Shown: positions 12,531 through 25,399 of the stretch, one piece after another
Numbering within the stretch: the stretch's first letter is position 1
How the letters are laid out: each line of letters opens with the position of its first letter
Assembly: GCF_009914755.1 (NCBI RefSeq)
Contig: NC_060925.1
Origin: the human T2T-CHM13v2.0 reference genome, Homo sapiens
Direction: 5' to 3' (one strand)
DNA: 64,000 nucleotides
The notes under the pieces: generated by a model
Databases searched by the model: none
Seen by the model: the letters and a program-made list of their open reading frames with translations, nothing else
Told to the model about the DNA's origin: nothing
Translations under genes and position numbers: made by a program

Positions 12531-13374
12531 TTGCTCTGATCCCAATTACTCAGACCAGACAGCCTAGAATCACTGCTGATACAAATTCTCAGACTTCCTA
12601 CCAGCTCTTGATCAAAGATTGGACTTTCAGATGAAGACTTCGCCCCTGGTATTTCTGTAGCTCTCTTTCCATTTATTCTTCCTGCTACTGAAAGGTGTTC
12701 ATGTAAATGCCAGGACTATACCTCTGCTCAGATTTCTGCACTTAAATCTGTGCAGCTGTCTGGAAACTCCTGGGGATACCTTCCTCTGAGTTATTGTCTC
12801 TTTATGCTGCAGAAGGAGAGAACTTGGAAGGCTTCTAAGCTTGCAGTGGAAAGAGAACAACTTCCTTCCTAACCAGGAGGCTTCTCAGAAGCCAGCCATT
12901 CTATGCTACTTCTCTGATATCTCTGGTGTCAGCAGTCCCTCCCAAAACCTTGGCATGTTGATTAAAAGAAAGCAAAAACCCTGTCCCTCTACAGCTTCAC
13001 CGGATGGCTGCTTTTTAACTGCTTCCTGCCCACTTTTGGATGAGTCACACGGGCCCCCCAGCTGCTCCCTTCTCTGCACTTAGGCTCCTTCCAATCAGAG
13101 AGCAGTTGCCAAGGGAACCACAGGTACCAGTCTCTCTCCGTACCCTGAATCAAGGCCTAATCTACATTGAAAGAAATTTCCATTCCGGAGCTCAGCAGAT
13201 TTCAACATTTTACAACCTGCTTCAACCCTGGTTGCAGTCACTTCTTCCTTAAAGGGGCCGGTCTTCCTCCACAGTAGTTAAAACCTGTTCTTTAGCCTGA
13301 GACATTCACGGTGCAACTGAGATTTGCTTATAGGATTAATTTGGTTAATTAATCCTACTGAGATGTGAATGATA

Positions 13375-13475
13375 GAGTAGAAAGACAATAAAACCTGTTG
13401 GGCAGAGTCATTGCAAGGTTTAAACGAGATAATGTAGGTAAAGTGCTTGGCACAGTGTAGGAACTCAATAAAAAC
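13375..13475 (+). mobile_element. MIR 3' part
   Basis: ttaaacgagataatgtaggtaaagtgcttggcacagtgtaggaactcaataaa. Confidence 0.65.
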
Positions 13476-13734
13476 CCGTTCTGAGGGTGAGTGAAGACAG
13501 CTCAATGGAAGTGCTGCTAACAGGGAAAGACAGAGGGGAGCAGAGGAAGTGTTTGGGGCTCAGGCTGGGGATGCCTCTCCAATAATGCCATTTACAGGCC
13601 AGCCACTCTGCCTACCAGCAAGAAGGTCCTCCCATCCCCTGATCCTTCAGAGTCTGGATTAAATGGTTTCCTAGGAGGAACGAGAACAAGCCCTAACCAC
13701 AGTAGCCTTCCCAGAACTCTCATCTGGAAATGGC

Positions 13735-14127
13735 ATTGTGTCTAATTAATTTGTAAGTGGATTTAACTGGGCTTCCAACAAGTAAGAGCCCTTTCTTACC
13801 TTCAGGGTCCTCCATGTTACCACCTGGCGGAGGCTGCTTCCTCAGCTCTTACCCGCTGTCCATAGTGATCCAACTGCCTTCTATACACTCTACAACCACA
13901 GGAGGCTGGGAAGGCATGCTGCGTGCATAGAGACTGAAGGCTTCAAGAGCAAGCAGCCCAACCAGCCAGGAAGAAGCTTTATCTCCTTTTATGACCTAGC
14001 CTTGGAAGTCACAGACAGGCAGCTCTGCAGTTTACTCTACCTGTGTACACAGTCACAAAAGCCACTCAATTTCAAGAGGAGGGGACACAGACCTCATCTC
14101 TAAGTGAGAGTGGTGTAAAGGTCACTT
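13735..14127 (-). mobile_element. Old MLT1 (F/H-type) LTR fragment
   Basis: ttatgacctagccttggaagtcaca...tttcaagaggaggggacacagacctcatctc. Confidence 0.65.
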
Positions 14128-14412
14128 CAAAGTACTATGAACTAGGTGGCTGAAACAAACAGAAATGTATTGTCTCACAGTTCCAGAGGCTAAAGTCCAA
14201 GATCAAAATGGTGACAGGGTTGGTTTCTTCTGAGGGCTGTGAGGAGAAATCCGTTCCATGCCTCTCTCCTAGCTTCTGCTGGTTTGCTGACAGTCCTTGG
14301 AGTTTCTTGGTTTATAGAAGCATCACCCAGTCTCTGCCTTCACCTTCACATGGTGTTAATTTTCTATGTCCAAATTTACCCTGTTTTATAAAAACATCAG
14401 TCATATTAGATT
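14128..14412 (-). mobile_element. MLT1C-like LTR fragment
   Basis: acagaaatgtattgtctcacagttccagaggct...ccatgcctctctcctagcttctg. Confidence 0.8.
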
Positions 14413-14597
14413 ACATGCCAAGTCCAGCCTCTCAGAGAGGCCCAAGGACTCCCTAGCACCCCATCTTCTGTTCTGGAAAGAATGAGCTCCACTGTCTACA
14501 AAGCAGTCTCCAAAGTTCCATCTCCTCCCACCCCTGACACCAAAACCAAGCAAACAGAAAAAAGTGGGAATTAATGTGGGGTTAATGATCCCATTCC

Positions 14598-14878
14598 AGT
14601 ATTGTATGATTCCCCTTATATGAAGTACCTAGAATAGGCCAGTTAATAGGAGCAGAAAGTAGAATAGAGGTAACCAGGGAACAGAGGGTGAGGGGAAGGG
14701 GGAATGAAGAGTTAGTGTTTAATGGGACAGAATCTGTGTTCGGGATGATTAAAAAGTTCTGGAAATGGAAAGTGATGGTGGTGCACCACGTTGCAAATGT
14801 ACCTAATGCCATTAAGCTACACACTTAAAAAGAGTTAAAATAATAAATATTATATACCTTACCACAATTTTTAAAAAA
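14598..14878 (+). mobile_element. L1MB 3' end
   Basis: tattgtatgattccccttatatgaagtacctagaatagg...aaagttctggaaatgg...ttaccacaattttt. Confidence 0.85.
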
Positions 14879-14959
14879 TTGACCTTATTTAGGGCAAACG
14901 ACAAACTATGAAATACCAAGACAAACAAAGTTTGTTTTTTTTTTAGGGTTCATCATTGT

Positions 14960-15110
14960 CCAAAGCACTTTTATATCCCTTAATTTATTGAACCCTTTTT
15001 AAGACCCTAGAAGTTAGGTCTAATTATCGCCGTCCTACAGATGAGGAAATAGAGGCCCAGAGAGTTGAACTGCTCAAGGTCACCGGGAAGGTAAATGGCA
15101 GGACCAGGTC
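14960..15110 (-). mobile_element. MIR
   Basis: acagatgaggaaatagaggcccagagagttgaactgctcaaggtcac. Confidence 0.75.
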
Positions 15111-15379
15111 TATTTCTAAAATGCAGGCAAGGGCATCCACTTAGGTATTTCATTTCACACACTCCTTGGAGACCAGAACTGGAGGGAGCCTTAGAATGGA
15201 TCTGCTTCCATCCCTTTGGAGAAGAAATTTGTTGCCCTGGCCAGCCTGTTCTTGGACCCTGACCAAAGGCCTTGGAAATCACTTGGGCTCAGCTTGCTGC
15301 TCCTTCACCTCTCTTCTGAAGGAGGTGCTGGTTGTGTAAGTGGTGAAGGAGGGGGGCCATCCTTCTCCCACGCCCCACC

Positions 15380-15515
15380 CATGTGACCTTGAGTATGTCA
15401 CTTAACTCCACACCACTGCATTAAATGGGCATAATCAAACAGGACCTTCCTGAGAAAATTAAGGAATGGGAAGAGTAAACAATGTGAAGTACCAAGCACT
15501 TTACCCAGAATAGGG
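15380..15515 (+). mobile_element. MIR fragment
   Basis: tgtgaccttgagtatgtcacttaac. Confidence 0.5.
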
Positions 15516-15654
15516 TGATGTGACGATCTACCTTGTGCAGACCCAGAGCCAGCCCTGCTCTCTAATACACAGCTGGAAAATAGAACAGTGAGTAAATTAG
15601 AGTTCCAGCACAGAGACAGACTGCAGCCTGGGTTCTGTTTATTATTATTATTAT

Positions 15655-16517
15655 TAACAGCCTTTATTAAGTCATAATTGTCATACAACAAATTGTGCAA
15701 GTCTAAACTACACAATTTGACAAGTCTAGACATATGTATACACCCTTGAATACATCATTACAATCAAGATATTGAACACCTCCATCCCTCCAACAAGGGT
15801 CTCCTTGTGTCCTTTGAATCCCTTCCTCCTGCCCCTTCCATTCCTCACTCCCCCATCTTCAGGCGACTACTGATCTGCTTCTTGTCAATACAGATTAGCT
15901 TGTATTTTCTAGGATTTTATATAAATGGAAGCATGCAGTATGTACTCTTTTATGTCTTGCTTCTTGAACTCAGCATAATTCTTGTGAGATATACCCACAT
16001 GGTTGCATATATCAATAGTTCTTTTTCATTGCTTAGTATTATTCCATTGTATGGATTTGCCACTATTTGTTTATCAATTCACCTGCTGATGGGCATTTAG
16101 GTTGTTTCCAGTTTGGGGCTATTACAAATAAAGCTGCTAAAAACAATCATGTACGAGTTCTTCTTGTGTCAACAAAGACTTTCTTTTCTCAGGTAAAAAC
16201 CTAGGAGTGGAATGGCAGATGCTATGATAGGTATAGGTTTACCTTTTTAAGAAATTGACAAACTGTTTTCCAAAGTGGCTTTACCATTTTCCATTCCCAC
16301 CTACAGTGTGTTAGAGTTCCAGCTCCTCCACATTCTTGCCAACACTTGATACAGTTTTGGGTATTTTAACATTAGCCATTCTAGTGGGACTAGTGGATGT
16401 GTGGTGGCATCTCATTGTGGCCTCAATATGCATTTCCCTGGTGAGTAATAATGTAGAGCATCTTTTCATGGGCTTATTTTCCATCATTTCTTCTTTGGTG
16501 AAGTGTCTGTTCAAATT
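15655..16517 (-). mobile_element. L1MB/MC 3' region
   Basis: gatgggcatttaggttgtttccagtttggggctattacaaataaagctgct; aaactgttttccaaagtgg. Confidence 0.88.
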
Positions 16518-16529
16518 TCATCCATATTA

Positions 16530-16630
16530 CTTACCAACTGTAACTTCAAGCAAGTGACTCAACCTCTCCATGCCTCAGATTCTGTAAAACAGAGTGACAG
16601 TCCCTACCTCATGGGGTTGGTGTGAGAATC
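16530..16630 (+). mobile_element. MIR core
   Basis: caagtgactcaacctctccatgcctcag...cctacctcatggggttggtgtgaga. Confidence 0.7.
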
Positions 16631-17048
16631 TCTCCAATCCAGATTCCCTGTTTTCCTGCTTCCCCTTGACCCCATACAGCCTCACACCACATAGAAGCTT
16701 TATCCCAGCTCCTTAGCTTCCTCTTTTATGGAAGATACCACTCTCCATGCATACACACACACTCACACACTCTCATGATTTGATTCCCCTTCCAGCTGTG
16801 GAATTAAGAGACTGGCGTCAGGAGCAGAGCAGAGCAGAGCAGAGGCATATTGGTCTGGGTACCCAGAGACTGCATCTGACAGCCTGTCTCTTGGGCGCTT
16901 TAAACCACTGCTGAAAGACATTGATACATTAAGTTATTTTTCTTTCTGCTTGGATTTCCAACCTGTCTGTCTCCAAGGGAAAGGCTGTCTGAACCCAGCA
17001 GGGAGAGGAGAGGAGCCCCTGAGTTGCTGCAGAGGCCATTCGAATCCC

Positions 17049-17070
17049 TGAGTCAGCATGCCCCACGCCC
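17049..17070 (+). promoter_or_regulatory. Candidate NF-E2/NRF2-MAF (ARE/AP-1) site next to a KLF/SP box
   Basis: TGAGTCAGCA at 17049-17058 and CCACGCCC at 17063-17070 in non-repeat DNA; motif match only. Confidence 0.4.
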
Positions 17071-17438
17071 CATGCACCTGCTCTTAGAGGGAGAGAACAG
17101 ATGAAGCCATTGTCCTCCAGCCCGCTTCAGCTCTGAGGTCCTGCTTCCCCTCCCTCCAGTCCCTCAGATCTCAGCACTGTTGATGTGCAGTCTCGCCACA
17201 GAAAGTATGCATGTTCCCATAAGGGAGAAGGGAGGGCCCGGACACCAGACCAAGCCAGGGCCAGACAGACCTGGGCAGCTGGTCAGGAAGACAGGGACAG
17301 CACCCAGCACCCAGCCTGAGAGGATAGTAAATCAAAGCCCCACCCAGTCTGTGTCCTTGGCTGTGGAAGTATAGCAGAGCACAGCATGGGGTTCAGAGAC
17401 AATGCCTAGGTGACCTAGCAAGTTAGATGAGCCTAGTA

Positions 17439-17606
17439 CAGTGCTCTCAACTGCTGTCTTCAGAGGAGCTACTCTGCTCACCTGAGGATTTGTTAGATAT
17501 GCACATTTTTCAGACTCTACCTGGAAACTCTGCCGGTGGGAACCCAACCATCTGCTTTAACAAACCCTCCGGGTGATTCTAACACTGCTCAATACAAGAA
17601 CCCCTA
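17439..17606. mobile_element. MER5A (hAT-Charlie)
   Basis: cagtgctctcaa...ctgctttaacaaaccctccgggtgattct. Confidence 0.7.
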
Positions 17607-17684
17607 GCCTTGCAGAGGGGACTTACAGGCCAAAGGATGGATCTAAGAACCCCTCCATCTTTTTCAAGGATGAAGGTAGAAACC

Positions 17685-17920
17685 AAAGTGGTTATAAGCA
17701 CAGGTTTGAGAGATGGCTGAATCCTCGTTCACATTTCACCTCAGCCACTTCCTAGATGCATGACCTTGGGTAAGTCACCAACCTCTAAGCCTTTCTAAGC
17801 CTCTCTTCTTTGATGAAAACTGGAACAAGGCTGACTTTGTCGGGTTGTTTTAAGGATCTGAAGAGGTAATATGCATAAAGGACCCATACTAAGTACTCAA
17901 AAAAGGGCAGAGCTATTTAC
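17685..17920 (+). mobile_element. MIR
   Basis: gtggttataagcacagg...tgaccttgggtaagtca...taagtactcaaaaaa. Confidence 0.7.
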
Positions 17921-19164
17921 CTGCCACAAGCCCAAATGATGACTTTGGGCAAATTAGAAAAGAGAGTCCCTTCCTTATGCTGCTTTATTGCCATTACAGG
18001 GAAGTACTCGTGCTAACTTTTCAAATCTATGTGGATGACTTTAAGAAGGGCACCTATATGTGCAAAGAGTGCCTTGGAGATGTGCAAGTGATAGTTGTAA
18101 AAGATCATGGCCATGCTCATTATGAAGTACACGGCCTTAAGTTGCAGAACAGCCCAGGTTGGGCAGCATGTGGATCACTCCCTGGGAGCCAGCTCCCCAG
18201 ATGGCCATGTGTGCTGCCTTCTGAACTGTCCATTCCTCTGTCATCCATGAAAAGCAATCTCAGCCTCCATCTAAGCTACTTGTGGGAAGAGCCCCTCGCA
18301 TGTTGCACTTCCCACGCCTGCTGTCCTGTTCCCTACAATTGCTCCTTCTCAGGAACCCATTCCATCCACCTTCCTGCACTAAGGTGTCACTAACCCAAGC
18401 CTGCCTGCTCTCTGTAGCTGACTGACTACGTTAAGGGTGAAGGAGGGTATAAAATAGCACACAGCTGAAAACATTTAAAATTGTCACCATCAAAGAGTTC
18501 TTTAACCACCTCAACAAAGGATACTTCCCATAGTATTCTTTATTACTATGACTGTGTACCCATCTGTCTTATCACTCTTCTGGAGCCCCAGACTGCTGCC
18601 CTGTTCAGAGGCACTTAATTTCTCTACCATGAACATTATTTAATCTCCTCTTTTCCTGACTGTTACAAGACCCTGAAAACTCCCTCCCTTTTGAGCTGCC
18701 AGTGAACTGTTCGGGAATTCCTGCTAGCTTGTTCTGTAGAGCAATTTAGTTTAGAGCCTCCCCTTTCCAGACAATTCGAGGTGGAGGTAGGGAGTGAGCC
18801 TTCCCTTGAATAATCCAAAAAGCCTGACTATAGTGTTTTTGTTTTTTTTTTAAAACAAAAGAGCAGCCTTCCTTCTGTTGGGCACCTCCTCGCCCCACAC
18901 CTGGAGTTTAAAAGTGGCTGTAGGCATTTCTATTTTTAAATAGCATTTTTCCCTGGCTAATACACATATGCAATACACAGAAACCCCTGGAAATTCCTTG
19001 AGTTTTTATTAAAAATTCCAGATGGTGCAGCAGAGATTTCAGACACTAAAGCTTCTGTTAACAACAGGAAATTAATAACCAAGCTGACTCAAAGTCAACA
19101 TCGTCTGGTTTGATGACAATAACGTGAAAAAAAAGGAAGCAGGTAACACAGCATTTGAGGTGAC

Positions 19165-19303
19165 ACAGTGTCAGAGGCACAAGCTGCAGAATGAGCAAGG
19201 CCTGGGCTTGAATCTCACATCTCCCATTTATTAGTGGGGAAACCTCGGGGAAGTCACTTAACCACTCTGTGCCTGTTTCGTCATGTGCAAAACAGAAAAA
19301 TAA
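19165..19303 (+). mobile_element. MIR 5' part (continues at 20627-20722)
   Basis: cctgggcttgaatctc...aagtcacttaaccactctgtgcct. Confidence 0.7.
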
Positions 19304-19355
19304 CAGGATAGCTCTGCTGTCATGCCTCGTAAGTGTTCCTAAAAGTCACCCGCTA

Positions 19356-20120
<765 letters not shown>

Positions 20121-20626
20121 TCATGAGAACAATGGAGTTGGGGTACAATGCTCATAAACTTCCTTCGGCGACACACGAAAAATAAAAGAAACCTAATAAA
20201 AAGGGTAACACGGTTTTACACATGTTAAATGCCATAAAAGACATACATAGACACTACAATAAGCATGACGCTACACACACTTCACTCTGTATGTGGAAGC
20301 GAGCTTCAGAATTACTGTCAGGTGGTGGGAGGAGGTAGATCTGGAGTCAGAAGGAAGGTTGTAGCATCCTGTGAGTGGCCATAACACACAGGAACTGAGA
20401 ATGCTGGGAGATGTTTGAAGTGTGTCCATGTGTGTGTTATGTATATTCCTACACAGCTCAGTTCAACTGGGTGCAATTTTCTGCACTCACCTTGTGTTTC
20501 TCACACACCAAATCAGACATAAGCAAATGCAAAACTAACATGATGCTCAAATAGTTTCCTGACACATGGATCGCATTGAAACAAATTTGCATTTTCAAAA
20601 TAAGCACCGTAGCCAAACAGACTGTA

Positions 20627-20722
20627 TCTACCTGATGGAATTGTTACAAGGATTATGCGATTTAATGCAGATGAAGCTTTCAATAGTGCCCACCCCATGG
20701 TAACTGCTCAAAAATAATGCTA
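20627..20722 (+). mobile_element. MIR 3' part
   Basis: atctacctgatggaattgttacaaggatta...atggtaactgctcaaaaa. Confidence 0.6.
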
Positions 20723-20829
20723 GTGACTGTGGTGTGTGGAACAATGGCAGTGGTTATTGTGGGGCCATAGCTATTTTTCATGTTACTACTCCAAAGGGAG
20801 TAGCCCAGAGATGGACGAAGGGAGACTGC

Positions 20830-20940
20830 ATGCCCATTTTACAGATGACAGAACTAAGGCTCAAAGAATCTGAGAAATTTCTCAAGATCATACAAGAGTC
20901 TGGTACAAAGTGCACAGAAGTCTGGACCGCTGCACCCTTC
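20830..20940 (-). mobile_element. MIR core
   Basis: cccattttacagatgacagaactaaggctcaaaga. Confidence 0.7.
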
Positions 20941-21406
20941 TAGGTCAACAGAGGTGACCAGATGGTTTCTGCGAACTCCTGCAGGGGACATGGTCAAGTA
21001 CCCAAATGTCTGCTTACACCCCAGAAAACAAGCTGGCATATAGAAAGGGGCAAGGAACCACAGCTGGAGAGCTCCTAGGCTTTAGGGAGCCTTTAATTAA
21101 AAACAAAAATGAAAAAACAGATATAGAACTTGTTTCGTGTTCCCTGGGTGCCTGGTGGTTTAATCACTTTGCTCAGGTCAACAGGCCTATCAGGAAAAGT
21201 CTCTCCACCTTCAGGGAATTTGAGCCCTTTTTAAAAGGCAAAGAAAATGGGTAAAACTTTCAGTTCTGTCTGAAAAAACAAGACTGACTTTTCTGGTGGT
21301 TCCTATTGACTTGGAAAGAGCACATCTGCCCGTCAAATGGCATTTTACCAGCTGATCAATTTGGTGTCATTCTCATTGAATTAAATCAAATTGAAATGTA
21401 ATTCCC

Positions 21407-21415
21407 TTCCCGGAA
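21407..21415. promoter_or_regulatory. Perfect STAT (GAS) motif in unique DNA
   Basis: TTCCCGGAA; motif match only. Confidence 0.3.
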
Positions 21416-22984
21416 CAAATCCCCCTGCAGGGATTCGCTGCACAGAAGTGTTTGACCTTGTACTGGCTGCCTAGAGGGCTTTCCAGAAATCTAGGGGCAT
21501 ATGAGAGGTCTGCAGAGCTCACGGAGTGCTGGGCACAACCCACTCAGCTGACTTTCAGGCTGGACTTTGCAGGAATTAGAAAAAGCCTCCCCCACAAGGT
21601 GGTAAAATTACAAAATGCTGCCTCGTCTGGAAGGGAGAAGCTGCTCCTTCTTCTAGGCTTTGGCAGCCCCAAACCAGGCTGCAAAGGTTGGAGAGTATAA
21701 GTGAGCTGGTTTTTAACCCCAATCACCCCCCAGACTCAACTTACCCAACCACAGGCAGCAGCACTAGTCAGCTCCCATTGCGGCCACCATAGTAGGCTCA
21801 GCTCTGAGAGATCCCTGGAGCACAGGCTCAGCTCCGGCCAACACAGATGTGGCTCCAAGGATCCAGTGGCTCTTGGCTGAACTGGCTACAACTGTCTCTA
21901 CCAAGCCTTGGGAGACCCTAAGTACAAGATCACAAAGCAATCTATGCCCAGAACTCCCCATGGAACCTGAGGCTGTGCACCTCTGACCTGTGACCTTCTT
22001 GTCCTTTATCCATCCCTTCACTCTGCCTTGGAAGTCAGAGGACCTGCCACCAAATCTCAGCTCTCCTGGGCCAGTGACTTAACCTCTCTGAGCTTCAGCC
22101 CCTCACTGTCAAAGCTACAGAAGCAATACCTGACAGCCACATGTGGAAGTGAGCGTGGGACCGAGAAGCAAGGCTGCCCTCTGAGAAAGAGGTTAGTAAA
22201 ATCCACGCAGAATGATGAAATATGTTGTCTGTTGGCACAAACCAAGAGATGACCTGAAAATGTGACTGAACAGAGTTTGGGAAGACCCCAAAAGCCAATC
22301 ATGGTGGCCTGGCTATGGTCACGGGGAGGCAAGACTTTGGGAGGGGGTGATGGTAATTGAGTAAGCAGAAACCTAATTAACTAAATCAGTTGACAAAAGA
22401 CTGCGTGAACAGAGAGAACATGCCTAGCCTGGAGCAGAGACAAGGGGAGCCCAAGGAGCCAGAAGTTGGCCATATTTATTCTGCAATAAATTCACAAAGT
22501 TGATGCCAGGCTCAAAGCCCTCTTAGCAGCCAACCTATCAGCCTCCTCTTAGAAATGCCCAACCTCTCATCAACCCTTTTCAAGCTGCAACAATCCTTAG
22601 TCCCAGGGTTGTCATAAGGATTAAACAGGGAAGTGCCTGGGACATAGCAGGTGGCAAATGAACTAACATTCCCCTCTCACTCGGTTCCCTTTTTTCCTAC
22701 AATAATAACCAATGTCAAGTCATTCTAGCCACACAAGCATTTTCTCCTAGATTTTCCTGAGGTCCCTGCTCTTCCATTCCCTGGTCCAACTATCTTCTCC
22801 GCATATATCCACCCATCCCACCTCCTTCCTCTATGCCCTGTGGGTTGACGCTTTTACTGTCAAGGAACTCCTCTCTGCTCTAAATCTAGTGGGAAACGAA
22901 AATTAGTGAACTAATCACAGAAATATCTACTTACAACTGGCGCCAAGTGTTCTGAAGGAAAGGTGGGAGCATAGGTAGTGGGTG

Positions 22985-23363
22985 CTGTGGTGTGCCCCCC
23001 AATCCTCCCTTCAGGGCTGAGACACTTATTCCCAACTGCCAAGGGTATTGGATGCTGGCAGCTCTCACTTGAGTCTTCCTCAAGAATTGCCCTCAGCCCT
23101 TAACAGCCACCTTGCAAAGACCAAGCCCCATCCCTGGGGTATGTCATTGCCAATGACCAGTAAATGCAGTCACGGGAAAGCTACTGGATGGTCCCAGCTC
23201 CACAGCTCCTTAAGGAATTGATGTTGGCCTTGATTATGACATTATCACAGCTCTACCACTCCACCTGCTCATTCTCACTCCCACCTCATACCCTGTGGGT
23301 GTCGGTTCCATGCACACAGGTCCCTGTCCTGGAATCTGTCCCAGAAGGAACAACAAAGACAAC
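22985..23363 (+). mobile_element. LTR16-family (ERVL) LTR
   Basis: cccttcagggctgagacacttattccca...gaattgccctcagcc...atctgtcccagaaggaacaacaaagaca. Confidence 0.65.
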
Positions 23364-23374
23364 ATGTCAAAGAA

Positions 23375-23690
23375 GGATTGCTCTAGTTGGTGGCCGGGGA
23401 TGAGGGGAATGTTTGATGGTCACAGAAAGCTTCCCTAATAAAAAATGGGTACATTTGAGTGGAAATCCAAAGAATAAGGAGTTATCTAGACGAAAAAAAG
23501 AGAGGAAAGATGTTCTAGGCAGAGGGAACAGAATGTGGGAAGACCCTGAGACAAGAAGGACATTTCAAGGCAGTGTGGCTGGAACACTGAGCATGAGAGA
23601 AGTCAGGGGAGCAAGGACAGTGAGGATGGAAAGGTTGGCATGGGCTGGATCAGGCAGGGCTGAGCAGGCTGAGTTAGGACACAGTCTGAC
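23375..23690 (-). mobile_element. L2 fragment
   Basis: gaaagcttccct...tgttctaggcagagggaacagaatgtg...cctgag. Confidence 0.65.
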
Positions 23691-23716
23691 CCAAGGAAAA
23701 CGTTCTGATCCGTGAT

Positions 23717-24124
23717 TGTATTAGTTTGCCGGTGCTGCCATAACAAAATGCCACAGACTAAGTGGCTTAAACAACAAGAATTTACTCCTCACAGTTCTGG
23801 AGGCTGGAAGTCCAAGATCAAGGTGTCGGCAGGGTTGGTCTCCTCCAAGGCCTCTCTCACTGGTTGCAGATGGCCACCCTCTTGCCGCCCTTTTCATATA
23901 CACGGTCATCCATCTGTGCACGCCACCCCTGGTGTCTCTTTGCCTCCAAATTTCTTTTTATGAGGACGTCAAGTAGATGGGATTAGGGCCTGCTCTAATG
24001 GCCTCATTTTAACTTAATCTCCTCTTTAAAGGTCCTATCCCCAAATACTGTTACATTCTGAGTACTGAGGGTTAGGATTTCAGCATATGAATTTGGTGGG
24101 GTGGGCACAGCTCAGCTCATGACA
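23717..24124 (-). mobile_element. MLT1A0/MLT1B-type solo LTR, complete
   Basis: tgtattagtttg...ctcatgaca termini; exact 5-bp TSD GTGAT at 23712-23716 and 24125-24129. Confidence 0.9.
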
Positions 24125-24844
24125 GTGATGTTATCTGTCAGCAAGATCTTATACGTGTATAAAACTGAAACCTCAATGAATTAAAACTGTAAATAACCAC
24201 CTTTGTTGAAAATTAATTAACATTTTATTGCGCCTGTCCTAGAAAACACCAAAACATATGCTTGCGCATGTGTATATGTCATTTCCACCACATCCCCACC
24301 AGCACCCTCCACTGCCCCTGAACCTGCGGTCCCAATCCCCACCTTTATTCACAGATCCCTCCTTCCTCTCTGCCCCTGTCCCAGGCTGGCTGCCTGCCAA
24401 GTACTGCTGGAGAAAATCAAATAACTGTGCTGATCCACTCCATTACAGATTCGCGGTCTCCAGCTTTGGCTAGGCTCTCCTCTGCCCTCCAATCCTCCTG
24501 TTCACTCCCGGACTTGTCCATTTCCCATTCTGCTCCACAGTTGTGCCAACCCTTTCCACCCTCTGCCAGTCTCACTGACCCACCGCTGCCCCTCCCTCTC
24601 TGAAGACCATCTGTCCTACTTTACAGAGGAAGGACAGGTCATGAGGCTGCTGCCCACTTTCTTTCCTTGCCCCCTCCTAATTTTTTCACAGCTAACTAGA
24701 GGAAGAAAGATGTGGAAGAAAGAAAGCAAGGATTGGTTCCAGAGAGTCCCACCATGCACGACCTTCCTTCTTGGGCAAGTTATCTCCACCTCCTTGTGAC
24801 TCAGTTTCTTTATCTGTGAAAAGTCAGTGCTCCAAGATGGAAGA

Positions 24845-25370
24845 TTATCACGCTTAGAACAAAATCCAAACTCTTTACCATGGCCAGCAAAGGGGACACC
24901 ATGCAACCCGGCCCTGTCTACTCTCACCCCATCAGCCACTCCTCTCCCCCGGCTCACACTGCTCCAGTCACCTTGACTTTTGTCTATTCCTGAAACATGC
25001 CAAGCTCATTTCTGCCTCAGGGGTTTTGCACATGTGGTTCCCTCTGCCAGATCTTGGCATGACTCATTCCCCTACAGGCAGTTCATGACCAGTGCAGCCT
25101 CCTCAGCACAGCAAGGCCTTCCCTGATGACCCCAACAAAACCAGCACCTCCCTCCATTTTTTTCTAATCTCTTTACATTATTTCTCTTTGTTTTACTTAT
25201 CACTTAAGACCTGAAATTATGTTACTTCATCTACTTGTTTATTCCTTGTCTCCCTCACAAATGTATAAGCTCCAAGAGAGCAGGGGCTGAGTATTGGTCC
25301 TAGTAAGCTGCCATGGCAAAACCATGCCTAGCACATAGTTGGTATTCATCAGATTTTGTTAAATGAATTT
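24845..25370 (+). mobile_element. L2 3' region
   Basis: aaaatccaaactctttaccatggcc...tgtataagctccaagagagcagggg...tgttaaatgaat. Confidence 0.8.
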
Positions 25371-25399
25371 TTTAATGACTCTCTGGAGACATTTCTGTG

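Noticed and set aside
13818-13830. CTCF-like motif (CCGCCAGGTGGTA on the minus strand); weaker ones near 44122-44134 and 54578-54592
   Set aside because: Mismatches at core positions; cannot be supported without PWM scoring or ChIP data.
17977-18393. 138-aa ATG-initiated ORF in unique DNA
   Set aside because: No recognisable domain or clear exon structure, and the length is within chance expectation.
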